From Candidatus Bathyarchaeia archaeon (GTDB lineage: Archaea > Thermoproteota > Bathyarchaeia > Bathyarchaeales > Bathycorpusculaceae), in assembly GCA_038882975.1 (NCBI GenBank), contig JAVZNE010000003.1:1-64000 (forward strand): DNA of 64,000 nt, written 5' to 3'. Each line of letters opens with the position of its first letter. The first letter of the stretch is position 1. Below, piece after piece: positions 47,094 through 56,077 of this stretch. The translations under genes and the position numbers were made by a program. The notes under the pieces were generated by a model. That model was given only the letters and a program-made list of their open reading frames with translations. It had not been told where the DNA came from and searched no databases.

Positions 47094-47282
47094 TCACTTT
47101 ATTATTTTTTCCTTTTCCTTCTTCTCTTTCTCTTCGCCCTTAACTCCTTTAACCAAGCCCTTCCCAACACCCTTAACTATCCCAAAGCCTTTCTTCAAGC
47201 CTTTACCCACAACTTCCCCTGTCTTTTCGGCAACAGCCTCAGCCTTGCCCTTCTCCTCCTTCTTCTTTTCCTTCTCGCTCAA
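47094..47282 (-). CDS. Small Lys/Glu/Gly-rich protein with amphipathic core
   Basis: GGAGGTGG RBS before TTG; EKTGEVVGKGLKKGFGIVKGVGKGLVKGVKG. Confidence 0.65.
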   Translation of the reverse strand: MSEKEKKKEEKGKAEAVAEKTGEVVGKGLKKGFGIVKGVGKGLVKGVKGEEKEKKEKEKIIK

Positions 47283-47300
47283 GAGACCACCTCCAAAAGA

Positions 47301-47369
47301 TTAACACTATTATATGGTGTGTCAACACGGTTAAAACTTTCGAAGATACGACCATATAGCAAGTGTTAA
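47301..47369. promoter_or_regulatory. Inverted repeat pair in divergent promoter region
   Basis: TTAACACTATTATATGGT (47301-47318) vs ACCATATAGCAAGTGTTAA (47351-47369). Confidence 0.45.
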
Positions 47370-47407
47370 ATTTACAACTCACAGATAGAAAAGCGAATGG
47401 TGAAAAT

Positions 47408-47857
47408 ATGTCTAAAACCAAAGATAAAGATGAGGAAATACTGCAAGTCTTAAAGGAAATAAAAGCCCTATTAGAGCCTAAACCAGCCCCACCGCCAAAG
47501 AAGGGCTTATGGAACGAGTTTATAGACTTCATCTCAAAATACAAAGTTTTAGGCCTCGCCGTAGCCTTCATCACGGGCATTTACGTAGGTCAAGTTGTCC
47601 AATCCCTCGTCAAAGACCTTCTCATGCCGCTAATAGGCTTAGCAGTTCCAGGACTAGAAAACCTATCAACATTCGTGTTATATGTTCCACCGCCAACAGG
47701 ATTTGATGAAAAAGGAAATCCATTACTGAATGGAGAGCCTTGGAAGGGACAGATATTTGGAATCGGCAGCTTCCTAGTAGCCATAATAACCTTCATAATA
47801 GTTGCCTTCGTCATATTCCTAATAGTGAAGATAACCAAAAAATGGGGCATAGAATAA
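47408..47857 (+). CDS. mscL: Large-conductance mechanosensitive channel
   Basis: EFIDFI..YKVLGLAVAFI.G...VVQSLVKDLLMP, GSFLVAIITFIIVAFVIF; ATG 47408. Confidence 0.9.
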   Translation: MSKTKDKDEEILQVLKEIKALLEPKPAPPPKKGLWNEFIDFISKYKVLGLAVAFITGIYVGQVVQSLVKDLLMPLIGLAVPGLENLSTFVLYVPPPTGFDEKGNPLLNGEPWKGQIFGIGSFLVAIITFIIVAFVIFLIVKITKKWGIE

Positions 47858-48010
47858 TATAACTTGCAAGCTTAGAATAGGCATCGATTCTCTTCTTTGT
47901 TTAACGTTGGGGTTATTAAGTAGTTAAATTTATAATTCATATTCGCTTTTCATAAGCCTTTTAGTATCCGCATCAGAATCTAAAGCTATATCTTACACGG
48001 GGATTCGTTC

Positions 48011-48601
48011 GTGTTTCCGCCGGAATTGTTTATATTAATTGGTGTCAACATTTTTGTAGCCTTGAGTCTTTTAAGCTCAATTTTTGATGAGACATTTCCG
48101 AAAGCAACACCATACCTTCTCCAGATTGCTGCCATAACTGGCTTTATCCAGATTTGGGTAAACTTCACACTTTTGTACAGTTTTATGGAGACACGCTTCT
48201 GGTGCAGTATGCTTTATCTCTTTGTTGTTGTAACAAGCGTTGTAGCTGTTAACCTTTACATAGCCATAAATAAGAGATTGGTGAACGTCGCTGGCGTATT
48301 GTTAGGCAGTTTTACAATTCCAACAATTTTCATGTCTTTTCTCCTAGTTTCCGCTTATTTAAATGGGCTACCAGTTTGGATACCGCCCTTTCCAACAGTC
48401 CCATTTGAAACGATGTATATAGTTATAACGGCGTGCATAGTCATCCTCGGGATCAGCGCCCTCGTATACTTTAAACCTGACTTATTAGAAAAACTGCTTC
48501 ATGAAAGGCAAGGGCAACAACACTCTTCAAGACTGCCTAAACCTAGCATAAGCCCGATGGATGACGTGTCACGAAAAGAAAAGGGTAAAGAAAGGAGGTG
48601 A
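48011..48601 (+). CDS. Multi-pass membrane protein (paralog of 60304..61011)
   Basis: About 5 TM; PELFILIGVNIFVALSLL..IFD..FP...PY..Q.AA..GF matches the 60304 ORF. Confidence 0.75.
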   Translation: MFPPELFILIGVNIFVALSLLSSIFDETFPKATPYLLQIAAITGFIQIWVNFTLLYSFMETRFWCSMLYLFVVVTSVVAVNLYIAINKRLVNVAGVLLGSFTIPTIFMSFLLVSAYLNGLPVWIPPFPTVPFETMYIVITACIVILGISALVYFKPDLLEKLLHERQGQQHSSRLPKPSISPMDDVSRKEKGKERR

Positions 48602-48607
48602 AAACAG

Positions 48608-49150
48608 TTGGATGAGCTGAGTAAAAGAAAGTTTCTAAGGACTTTACTTCTGCTTTTAGCAGGACTGCTCGTCGTCACGGCAAGCGCAAGCATCTACAAT
48701 ATCCTATACATGCAAGCTTCATCGATACAGGCCGAGACGGCCAAAGTACAATTCGTGACAGCTAGCGACAGCACTGTCGCAGGAGCAACAATAGGCACAA
48801 ATGGCACCTACGTAGCGTTCAGCAATTTAAGTGGCTGGCCCAACGCAACGAGAGTTTATGAAGCAGCCGTTGGGATAAAAAATTTTGACACCGCGGAGCA
48901 TATTATAGAGCTTAAGTTTGGCTCATGGAGCGGCTCCACTACAAAGATCGACTACATATATGTGAAAATCTTCGACAGCAGCGGGACTCAGCGAGGCTCC
49001 ACTGTTACTATAGGCGTTAGCGGTTCATCAACAGGCCCGCTTAGCATTCCCGCAGATGCCACTTGGAGAGTGCAATGGGAAATCAAATGGAAAGCGGAAG
49101 TGTTATCGACAGACTCTGTTTCAGTGATGCTTCAGCTAATCGTAAATTAG
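48608..49150 (+). CDS. Secreted beta-rich protein, putative filament subunit
   Basis: GGAGGTGA RBS; basic + hydrophobic signal ending TASA; Ser/Thr/Gly-rich beta strands; no C-terminal anchor. Confidence 0.75.
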   Translation: MDELSKRKFLRTLLLLLAGLLVVTASASIYNILYMQASSIQAETAKVQFVTASDSTVAGATIGTNGTYVAFSNLSGWPNATRVYEAAVGIKNFDTAEHIIELKFGSWSGSTTKIDYIYVKIFDSSGTQRGSTVTIGVSGSSTGPLSIPADATWRVQWEIKWKAEVLSTDSVSVMLQLIVN

Positions 49151-49158
49151 GGAAAAAC

Positions 49159-50817
49159 ATGGGAAAAAGGTATTTAGCTTCATTTCAAGCCACAATCCTA
49201 TTGTTACTTGCTACCCTAACTAATATAGCAGATGGTGGCTCATACTACATATACTTTAGCCAAGCATCCCCACTTATGGCAGAAACACCTAAGGTGATTT
49301 TCCAACAAGGGATAGTTGGTGCAAGCATAATATACATGAATGATACAAGTGCAAAAGTCATAGTTAATGCTGCGTCATGGCTTAATGGATGGAAGTACCG
49401 CAAACGACACGTGATAAGCAGGGCTACTTGGGCTGGAAAAAACTACCAAGTATGGTTTAATGTCTACAAAGGCGGCGGAGTGGACAATGGAAATTCAGTT
49501 TATCTAAACGACCATAGTCAAGCAGTTTTCCCAAACGATATAAGATTTACAGATGATGATGGACAAACATTGCTGAACTACTGGATTGAGAGCTACAACT
49601 CAACATGGGCTAAAATTTGGGTAAAAGTGGCAGATGACTTAAGCACTTCTGATAGGGCAATTTACATTTATTATGGCAGTCCAAATGCAAATTCCATCTC
49701 AAACTTTGACGCCACATTCACCAAAAACTTTGAGGAAGGCGGCCTAGCTGGGCTTTGGCATATGGATGAGGGCATGGGCACAATTGCTTCTGACTCTTCT
49801 GGAAACTCCAATAACGGAGTAATATCTGGCGCAAGATGGGATACTTCTGATGGCGGACAATGGGACGGAAGAGCTGATGTAAAATTTTCAACAGGTTCAG
49901 CCCTAATTTTTGACGGAGCCAATGACGTTGTTAACTGTGGTCGCGGCACAAGCTTAAACATTAGGTCTGCAATAGCAATTGAGGCTTGGATATATCCAAC
50001 AGGCTGGGGTGAAGATCCTAACAATGGATACGGGAGGATCGTAGACAAAACCACGTATATGCTGTTTTTGAATAAGGGAACGGTACAGCCTAGGCAAAAC
50101 AATCTTGTTTTTGGCTTGAGGATTAATAATAACATGTACTATGGGAACACTCCAACAAATTCCATCACATTAAACACTTGGCATCACATCGTGGCCGTCT
50201 ATGACACTAGACGAATAATGATATACATAAATGGTGTAAGCCAAACAATAACATATTATAGAAATCAACAACCATCAGGCCTCATAGATGATTCCAGCGG
50301 GTACAACCTATTGATAGGCGATTCCCCCAATTCTGATAGATGCTTCCAAGGAAAAATAGACGAGGTCAGAATTTACGGTCGAGGCGTAGGTGCCGCAGAG
50401 GTCAGATGCCATTATGAGAGACGCAAATATGCCTTTCCCGAACCTCAGCATGGTGAGTGGGGAGAGGAAGAAATCGGCGGGGTATTTGACTATGTTCTAA
50501 GGGCTGTAAACCAAGTTGCAGACAGCTGGAATATAAGGCTTAGAGCCTATAATCAGATGAACATTGGGCGTCTATCAAACTGTACTATCTATTTCTACAA
50601 TGATGGTGAGGTTTCTTGCCAAATATGTATTATCAATGGTGAATATAGCCAACAGTTTGGAAGCTGGTATAATCTCACAGGCTTAAGTACAGCGTATATA
50701 GCCGTGACAGTTTCAGCAACCAGCACTGAAAACACGTGGCTCTATGCTTACCTTGAAATTCTTGTCCCAAACACATCAACATACAATCTTATGGAAGTCG
50801 CCTTTGAAATTTCATAA
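49159..50817 (+). CDS. Secreted protein with DUF2341-like and LamG/concanavalin-like domains
   Basis: WL.GWKYRK, DIRFTDDDGQTLL.YWIE, IWVKV, IYIYYG (DUF2341); GLWHMDEG, WHHIVAVYD, IYING, FQGKIDEVRIY (LamG); ATG 49159. Confidence 0.85.
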   Translation: MGKRYLASFQATILLLLATLTNIADGGSYYIYFSQASPLMAETPKVIFQQGIVGASIIYMNDTSAKVIVNAASWLNGWKYRKRHVISRATWAGKNYQVWFNVYKGGGVDNGNSVYLNDHSQAVFPNDIRFTDDDGQTLLNYWIESYNSTWAKIWVKVADDLSTSDRAIYIYYGSPNANSISNFDATFTKNFEEGGLAGLWHMDEGMGTIASDSSGNSNNGVISGARWDTSDGGQWDGRADVKFSTGSALIFDGANDVVNCGRGTSLNIRSAIAIEAWIYPTGWGEDPNNGYGRIVDKTTYMLFLNKGTVQPRQNNLVFGLRINNNMYYGNTPTNSITLNTWHHIVAVYDTRRIMIYINGVSQTITYYRNQQPSGLIDDSSGYNLLIGDSPNSDRCFQGKIDEVRIYGRGVGAAEVRCHYERRKYAFPEPQHGEWGEEEIGGVFDYVLRAVNQVADSWNIRLRAYNQMNIGRLSNCTIYFYNDGEVSCQICIINGEYSQQFGSWYNLTGLSTAYIAVTVSATSTENTWLYAYLEILVPNTSTYNLMEVAFEIS

Positions 50818-50828
50818 CAAAATTTGCC

Positions 50829-51247
50829 ATGGAATGTTTTAGTGAAAGAAAAGCGTTAAAAGGCAGCTCTGCTTTCTATGCTTATCCTTGGAGGTTTACT
50901 TTTCCGCGTTGGAATCCAGCTGACGTCCACAAGCCCCACAAATTCGTCTGGAAGCTTACCTCACAATGCTATAATAGCCATAATAACCGCCATCATATTC
51001 ATAAAGGCCGTTCCAAAACAAGCCACACCGCCAACCCAACAGAAGGGAGAAATCAATAGCCATCATAAGCGCGTTAACAGTAGGCATCTTCGCTTTCTAT
51101 GCACTCTTTATTACACGAAACCCCACACAAATAAATTTCCACAGCATGAACGCAACCGCTATCCAAGTGATAACAACGTGGACCATAATATGTACATTAA
51201 TCATGATTGACTATAGAGCCTTAAAACGGCGCCCAATACCAGTCTAA
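50829..51247 (+). pseudogene. Probable frameshifted small membrane protein gene
   Basis: Hydrophobic segments continue across three frames: MECFSERKALK / AALLSMLILGGLLF...IIAIITAIIF / KSIAIISALTVGIFAFYALF...WTIICTLIMIDY..PV*. Confidence 0.4.
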
Positions 51248-51259
51248 ACCAAAAAGTTT

Positions 51260-51335
51260 TGGTAGCCCGGGGGAGATTCGAACTCCCGTCAGGGGCTCCA
51301 GAGGCCCCCATGCTTGACCGCTACACCACCGGGCT
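51260..51335 (-). tRNA. tRNA-Gln(CTG), CCA encoded
   Basis: A1:U72 AGCCCGG/CCGGGCT, GGGGC-CTCTGGA-GCCCC anticodon arm, GGGAG-TTCGAAT-CTCCC. Confidence 0.95.
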
Positions 51336-51377
51336 ATACTATGCTATTCAGCATTAAGCCCACACAAAATAATAACT

Positions 51378-51935
51378 TTAACGTTTGTATTTTAGGATGA
51401 AGATGCCTGTTGTGGCTTGGCATCCTGAACAGATGTAGAAAAGTGTTTCAAAGCCTATTTTTGTTGCGATGACTGTGGCTAGTAGGGCTGCAGCCGCCTC
51501 CGTAATGTCGTATATGGATTCGAAGATTCCCAGCACTGTTCCACTTTTCTTCTTTTCGCCCAAGTCCACTATTAGGGCTAGTAGGGATGGCCGCTGCAAT
51601 GCGTAGGAAATGCCGAACAAGAACTCTATTATGTATAGGCCTGTTATGTTTGGCACATAAATGTAGCTTAATGAGCATATGGCGCCCATTAAAACTCCAA
51701 TTGAGAATACGCGTTCCTTTCCATAGACGTCTGCCAGCCTTCCAGCCGCCACCTTGAATAGGGCGGCAACCCCGCAGAAAAGTGCGTATAAGAGGCCTAC
51801 ATCCATTATTGTGGCTGAGAAGCGGTTAACAACGAATATTGGGTATATGGGGCCCAGTAAGCCGACTCCTAGAGAGTATAGAGTACTTAAAGCTAATGCA
51901 AGCATCAGCGAACGTGACGACTTCAGCTTCAGCAT
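51378..51935 (-). CDS. Half-size (6-TM) MFS-like protein
   Basis: Motif A GRLADVYGKE; 185 aa with six hydrophobic segments. Confidence 0.75.
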   Translation of the reverse strand: MLKLKSSRSLMLALALSTLYSLGVGLLGPIYPIFVVNRFSATIMDVGLLYALFCGVAALFKVAAGRLADVYGKERVFSIGVLMGAICSLSYIYVPNITGLYIIEFLFGISYALQRPSLLALIVDLGEKKKSGTVLGIFESIYDITEAAAALLATVIATKIGFETLFYICSGCQATTGIFILKYKR

Positions 51936-52133
51936 TCATGATTCCTCCTGCTGAAGCTACCACGTCCACTCCGATCATTTTGGACATGAACAAGGACATT
52001 TTTGGGTCGGCTTGCCCTCCCAAACCCGGAAAGGTGAGAGAATCCGATTAGAGGGGAAAAATAAACTTTTTGGCAGAGGCCCTGAAACCGGCATGTTCAG
52101 AGGCTTATACAAAATAGCAATACGGGTCGAAAG

Positions 52134-52598
52134 CTATTTTGTGACTAGGACGGGGCAAGGGGAGTGTCTTATAACTCCGTCGCTTACGCTTCCAAGAATG
52201 AGTTCCTTAATCTTGCTTATTCCCCGGGCGCCCATGACAATTAGGTCAAACTTGCCTTCTTCGGCTGTTTTAACGATTTCGTGGACAATGTGTCCTTCCC
52301 TAAGCATGGTTTCAGCCTCAACGCCCTCAGCTTGGACTTTCTCCTTGCCTTGGGCTAGTATTCTGGCTCCAGCCTCCCTAACGGCTTCAGCTAGCCTCGA
52401 ATATTCTGTAGGAGCCATTATGGGTATCCCAGGCGTCAATGTTGATGGTTCTGGAACAATTACTGGTCTAACGCTTACGGAATAAACATGGATTAGGGTG
52501 ATTTTTCCATCAAACTTTTTAGCTATTTTTATGGCGGTGTCCAGCGCCCTTAAAGAGTGTTCAGATCCGTCAAGAGGAACAAGAATTTTACTAAACAA
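52134..52598 (-). CDS. Universal stress protein (UspA family)
   Basis: ILVPLDGSEHS, DLIVMGARG, LGSVS..V....PCPVLV. Confidence 0.95.
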   Translation of the reverse strand: MFSKILVPLDGSEHSLRALDTAIKIAKKFDGKITLIHVYSVSVRPVIVPEPSTLTPGIPIMAPTEYSRLAEAVREAGARILAQGKEKVQAEGVEAETMLREGHIVHEIVKTAEEGKFDLIVMGARGISKIKELILGSVSDGVIRHSPCPVLVTK

Positions 52599-52675
52599 GG
52601 ATTATCTCCAATTTTCTTAGCGGCTTTTTTCTTAAATATGCTTTTTGATTATAAAAACGGTTAGTGGTTGCGCGT

Positions 52676-52918
52676 TTAAAGAAGTGAAAAGTCTGTGGAT
52701 TTTATCTTTCCCTTCGCGTCGATAACTACTTCGAATTTTTCAGCCCATGGGTGTCCTTCCAAGTCTATGGGGCATGTTCCCTTAATAACCCAGCACCCGT
52801 TTCGCTGTTCGATTGAGGATATGTCTATCCTTTCAGTGTTCTTCCTCTTTTTCAGGTATTCTATGGCGATTTGTTGGGCATCCTTTTCCATAAGCACCTT
52901 CAACGTGGGCATCCTCAT
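52676..52918 (-). CDS. Small hypothetical protein (PepSY-like alpha/beta)
   Basis: EKDAQQIAIEYL...W.I.G...FEVVIDAKGKI. Confidence 0.6.
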   Translation of the reverse strand: MRMPTLKVLMEKDAQQIAIEYLKKRKNTERIDISSIEQRNGCWVIKGTCPIDLEGHPWAEKFEVVIDAKGKIKSTDFSLL

Positions 52919-53065
52919 CCAGCTCTTTCATAGTCGGAATCCGAAGCATTAAAAGTTATGAAGCCGTAATCATTAGCAAAACTAAACACAAACGAAACGG
53001 CGATAGGTTCAAATTTTATGAAAACCGTTTAACACTTGAAAAGAGGCTTTGGAAAAGTCGGGTTT

Positions 53066-54148
53066 ATGGCTGAGAAAAGGCGCATAATCCTTCATGTTGA
53101 CATGGACCACTTCTTCACAGCTATAGAGGAGCGGGAGCACCCAGAATACCGTAGAAAGCCAGTTATTGTGGGTGCAGACCCAAAGGAGGGGAAAGGGCGA
53201 GGCGTTGTTAGCACATGCAACTATGAAGCCCGCAAGTACGGCGTAAGATCCGGCATGCCCATCTCAAGGGCTTGGAAACTCTGTCCAAACGCCGTCTACC
53301 TACCAGTAAACTATGAGCTTTACACAAAAGTTTCAGAGAGGATTATGGCTATTCTGCGGAAATACGCTGACAAGTTTGAAAGCTGGGGAATAGACGAAGC
53401 CTTTTTGGATGTAACTTCAAGGGTTAAGGATTACGCTGAAGCAGAAGCCCTAGCCCGCCAAATAAAAAGGGAAATCCTAGAAAAGGAGGGGCTCACATGC
53501 TCGATTGGAATTGGACCCAACAAACTTGTAGCTAAAATAGCCAGCGACTACCAGAAACCAGACGGCTTAACAGTCGTCAAAGAGGAGGAAGCCGAAAAGT
53601 TTCTCGCTCCGCTGCCGGTTCGCAAGCTCTTGTGGGTTGGACGTAAAACAGAGCAGAAGCTCCGAGCCATGGGAATAAAAACTATTGGGGATTTAGCCCG
53701 CTATGACCCAACAGTGCTGACAGAACACTTCGGAGTGGTGGGAACCCAGCTTTATTTGATGGCGCACGGCATAGACAAAAGCGAGGTTGAAGAGCAGCGC
53801 CAAATAAAGTCCATAAGCCGGGACATAACCTTCGAGGAGGACACATCGGACTTCAACCTCGTGCTCAACACTTTGGAAAGGCTTGCGGAAGAAGTCCACA
53901 ACGACCTCATGAGGCAGCAGTTGTATTTTAAGACAGTGACGGTGCGGGTTCGCTACGAAAACTTCGAAACCCACACCCACAGCAAAACACTACCCTTCAT
54001 AACAAACCGCCTACAAGACATAAAGAAAACAGCCAAAGAACTCATACAAGACTACCTAAAACCGGAACGGAAAATACGACTAATAGGCGTAAGGATCTCA
54101 AACTTCACGTCAGCGGAAAAACAAAAAACCCTTGACACCGCCAGTTAA
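53066..54148 (+). CDS. dinB: Y-family DNA polymerase IV (DinB/Dbh)
   Basis: HVDMDHFF, NYEARKYGVRSGMP, IDEAFLD, AKIASDYQKPDG, little-finger RLIGV. Confidence 0.96.
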   Translation: MAEKRRIILHVDMDHFFTAIEEREHPEYRRKPVIVGADPKEGKGRGVVSTCNYEARKYGVRSGMPISRAWKLCPNAVYLPVNYELYTKVSERIMAILRKYADKFESWGIDEAFLDVTSRVKDYAEAEALARQIKREILEKEGLTCSIGIGPNKLVAKIASDYQKPDGLTVVKEEEAEKFLAPLPVRKLLWVGRKTEQKLRAMGIKTIGDLARYDPTVLTEHFGVVGTQLYLMAHGIDKSEVEEQRQIKSISRDITFEEDTSDFNLVLNTLERLAEEVHNDLMRQQLYFKTVTVRVRYENFETHTHSKTLPFITNRLQDIKKTAKELIQDYLKPERKIRLIGVRISNFTSAEKQKTLDTAS

Positions 54149-54227
54149 GTTTTGCGGCTTTTCTCGTGTGCCTTCATGGTTTTCTTTGGCAAACTCTTAT
54201 ATGGGAATGGGTAGCCTATACTGTGGC

Positions 54228-54262
54228 GTGCAAAACTGCTTTTCAAAGGGCGGCTTTTGCAC
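54228..54262 (+). promoter_or_regulatory. 5' leader hairpin upstream of zinc-finger microprotein
   Basis: GTGCAAAA...TTTTGCAC with inner CTGCT/GGCGG pairing, ~25 nt after a CTTATATG TATA-like box. Confidence 0.45.
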
Positions 54263-54293
54263 AAAATAAATTAGAAGGAGTTGAATAGGCGAA

Positions 54294-54434
54294 ATGTCTG
54301 GTAAAGAGATGCACAAGGCAGTCTGTTCTGATTGCGGTCAAGAGTGCGAAGTTCCTTTCGTTCCAGACCCAAGCAGACCAGTTTACTGTCGAGAGTGCTG
54401 GATGAAGAGAAGAAATCAAAGGCGAAGGTATTAG
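54294..54434 (+). CDS. CxxC-x17-CxxC zinc-binding microprotein
   Basis: Missed by ORF track: MSGKEMHKAVCSDCGQECEVPFVPDPSRPVYCRECWMKRRNQRRRY. Confidence 0.9.
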   Translation: MSGKEMHKAVCSDCGQECEVPFVPDPSRPVYCRECWMKRRNQRRRY

Positions 54435-54486
54435 CAAGCAGACTTACAATTTTAAATGTTTTCTAGTTTCCAGTTTTTTATTTTCG

Positions 54487-55035
54487 CTATTTTTGTGGCA
54501 TTTTGAACTCCCAACTGCACCAGAGATTTTGCGGGTGCTTGTCAGGTGGGCAGACGAGGCAGTTAACCTCAACTTTTGGGTTCAAGGTTTTTGCAAAATT
54601 CTTTAAGTAGCCAAACCGGACACGTTTGCATGGAAATTCGCCCAAACCCTTATTTAGTCTAGCCTCCTGTGTTCTGCAACGGTTTACACTTAAAACGGCT
54701 TTTTCGGCGGAAACCTCCACAGTTTTGAAGGGCTGATCTAAAGCCCAACTTGTCAAACGCAAAAGCCTCATAATCGTTGGAATGTCCGGGTTTTCGCCCA
54801 CACCAAACATTCTTTGAAGGCTTTTGGCTTCGATGGCAGCCATAGCCTCCCAAACACCAGCATCAATTTCAGTCGCCGCTTCAGTTCCAAACTTCCTCTC
54901 TATTCCAAGGAAGTATAAGCCGTCAACCCGCCACAAATTCCTAATCTGCAAGAAGAAATAGTCCATGAGTTTTTCCATGGGGATTTTAGCCAGCATTTCA
55001 CGGTCTTCGCGGCTTCCGGGTGGATACTCAGCCAT
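54487..55035 (-). CDS. DUF6125-like Cys-containing protein
   Basis: W.VDGLYF..IE..FG.E.A, CRTQEAR...FPC, CLVCPPD.HP..WC.W.F. Confidence 0.7.
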   Translation of the reverse strand: MAEYPPGSREDREMLAKIPMEKLMDYFFLQIRNLWRVDGLYFLGIERKFGTEAATEIDAGVWEAMAAIEAKSLQRMFGVGENPDIPTIMRLLRLTSWALDQPFKTVEVSAEKAVLSVNRCRTQEARLNKGLGEFPCKRVRFGYLKNFAKTLNPKVEVNCLVCPPDKHPQNLWCSWEFKMPQK

Positions 55036-55273
55036 AACATTTTCACCTTTTGAGGAGATAATAAACGTCTTGATGGTCTTTAAGCTTAATCATAGGCTGA
55101 AGTTCAAATGGGGGAATTATGGGTGACTATCGGAATTTCCGTGCGTTGGGAAGCCTACCTAACCTATTACATTGATGATGTTTAAATAGAGGTTTCCTAA
55201 GAACGCCACAAGTTTTAATATTAAAAATTGCAAAGTCACTCTTCACCTTTAATTAGTTAATAAGGGAACTGAC

Positions 55274-56077
55274 ATGAGCCTTGACCAGTTGATAAGAGCC
55301 TTGATTTTAGGTGTTATTCAGGGTTTGACGGAGTGGTTTCCTATATCCAGCACTGGACACTTGAAGCTTGCTGAAAGGGCTTTAAACCTAACGCTTCCAG
55401 TGCTTTTTGACGTTGTTCTCCATATTGGAACATTAGCCGTCGTTGTAGCCTTTTTCAGAGGGGACGCCCAAAAAATCTTGTCAGCCTTTAAACGCCTAGA
55501 TTTCAAGTCTGATTATGGAAAATTTATTCCGCTTATAATTGTTGGGACGATACCGACCATTATTATTGGATTGGTTTTTCACGTGTTTTTGGAGGATGTT
55601 TTCGGCGAAATTTTGGTTATAGCGTTGGCTTTTATTGTGTGCGGTGTGGTGCTGTGCCTCGCGGGAGTTGGAAGGGAGAGGGCGGATGAAATTGGTTTTT
55701 GGCAAGCCTTTTTGATTGGTGTTGCCCAAGGCATAGCGGTTGTTCCAGGGCTTTCTAGAAGCGGCTTAACGATTACTGCGGCTCTTCTGCTTGGAATAAA
55801 GCGTGAAAAAGCCTTCAAATTCTCCTTTCTACTGTCGATTCCAGCCGTAATAGGCGCCTTGGCACTAACCCTTTCCGAGCAATTTAATGTGTTAGCGGCT
55901 TCAAGTTTTGGTTTCGCCGAAGTTGCCTTTGGCACGGTTGTAGCTATGGTTGTTGGCTACCTTGCCCTGAAACTTCTTTGGAAAACAATTGCAGGTGGGA
56001 AGTTTCACCTTTTCGCGTTTTACTGCTGGGCTCTAGGCGTATCCCTAATAGCCGCCTCATGCCTGCGCGTCATCTAG
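55274..56077 (+). CDS. uppP: Undecaprenyl-diphosphate phosphatase (BacA/UppP family)
   Basis: GVIQGLTEWFPISSTGHL, PGLSRSG.TI, FSFLLSIPA. Confidence 0.93.
   Translation: MSLDQLIRALILGVIQGLTEWFPISSTGHLKLAERALNLTLPVLFDVVLHIGTLAVVVAFFRGDAQKILSAFKRLDFKSDYGKFIPLIIVGTIPTIIIGLVFHVFLEDVFGEILVIALAFIVCGVVLCLAGVGRERADEIGFWQAFLIGVAQGIAVVPGLSRSGLTITAALLLGIKREKAFKFSFLLSIPAVIGALALTLSEQFNVLAASSFGFAEVAFGTVVAMVVGYLALKLLWKTIAGGKFHLFAFYCWALGVSLIAASCLRVI

Noticed and set aside
48608-49150. Type IV pilin or archaellin
   Set aside because: No class III signal (K/R-G/A followed directly by the hydrophobic helix) and no pilus ATPase or TadC nearby; the signal looks SPase I-type.
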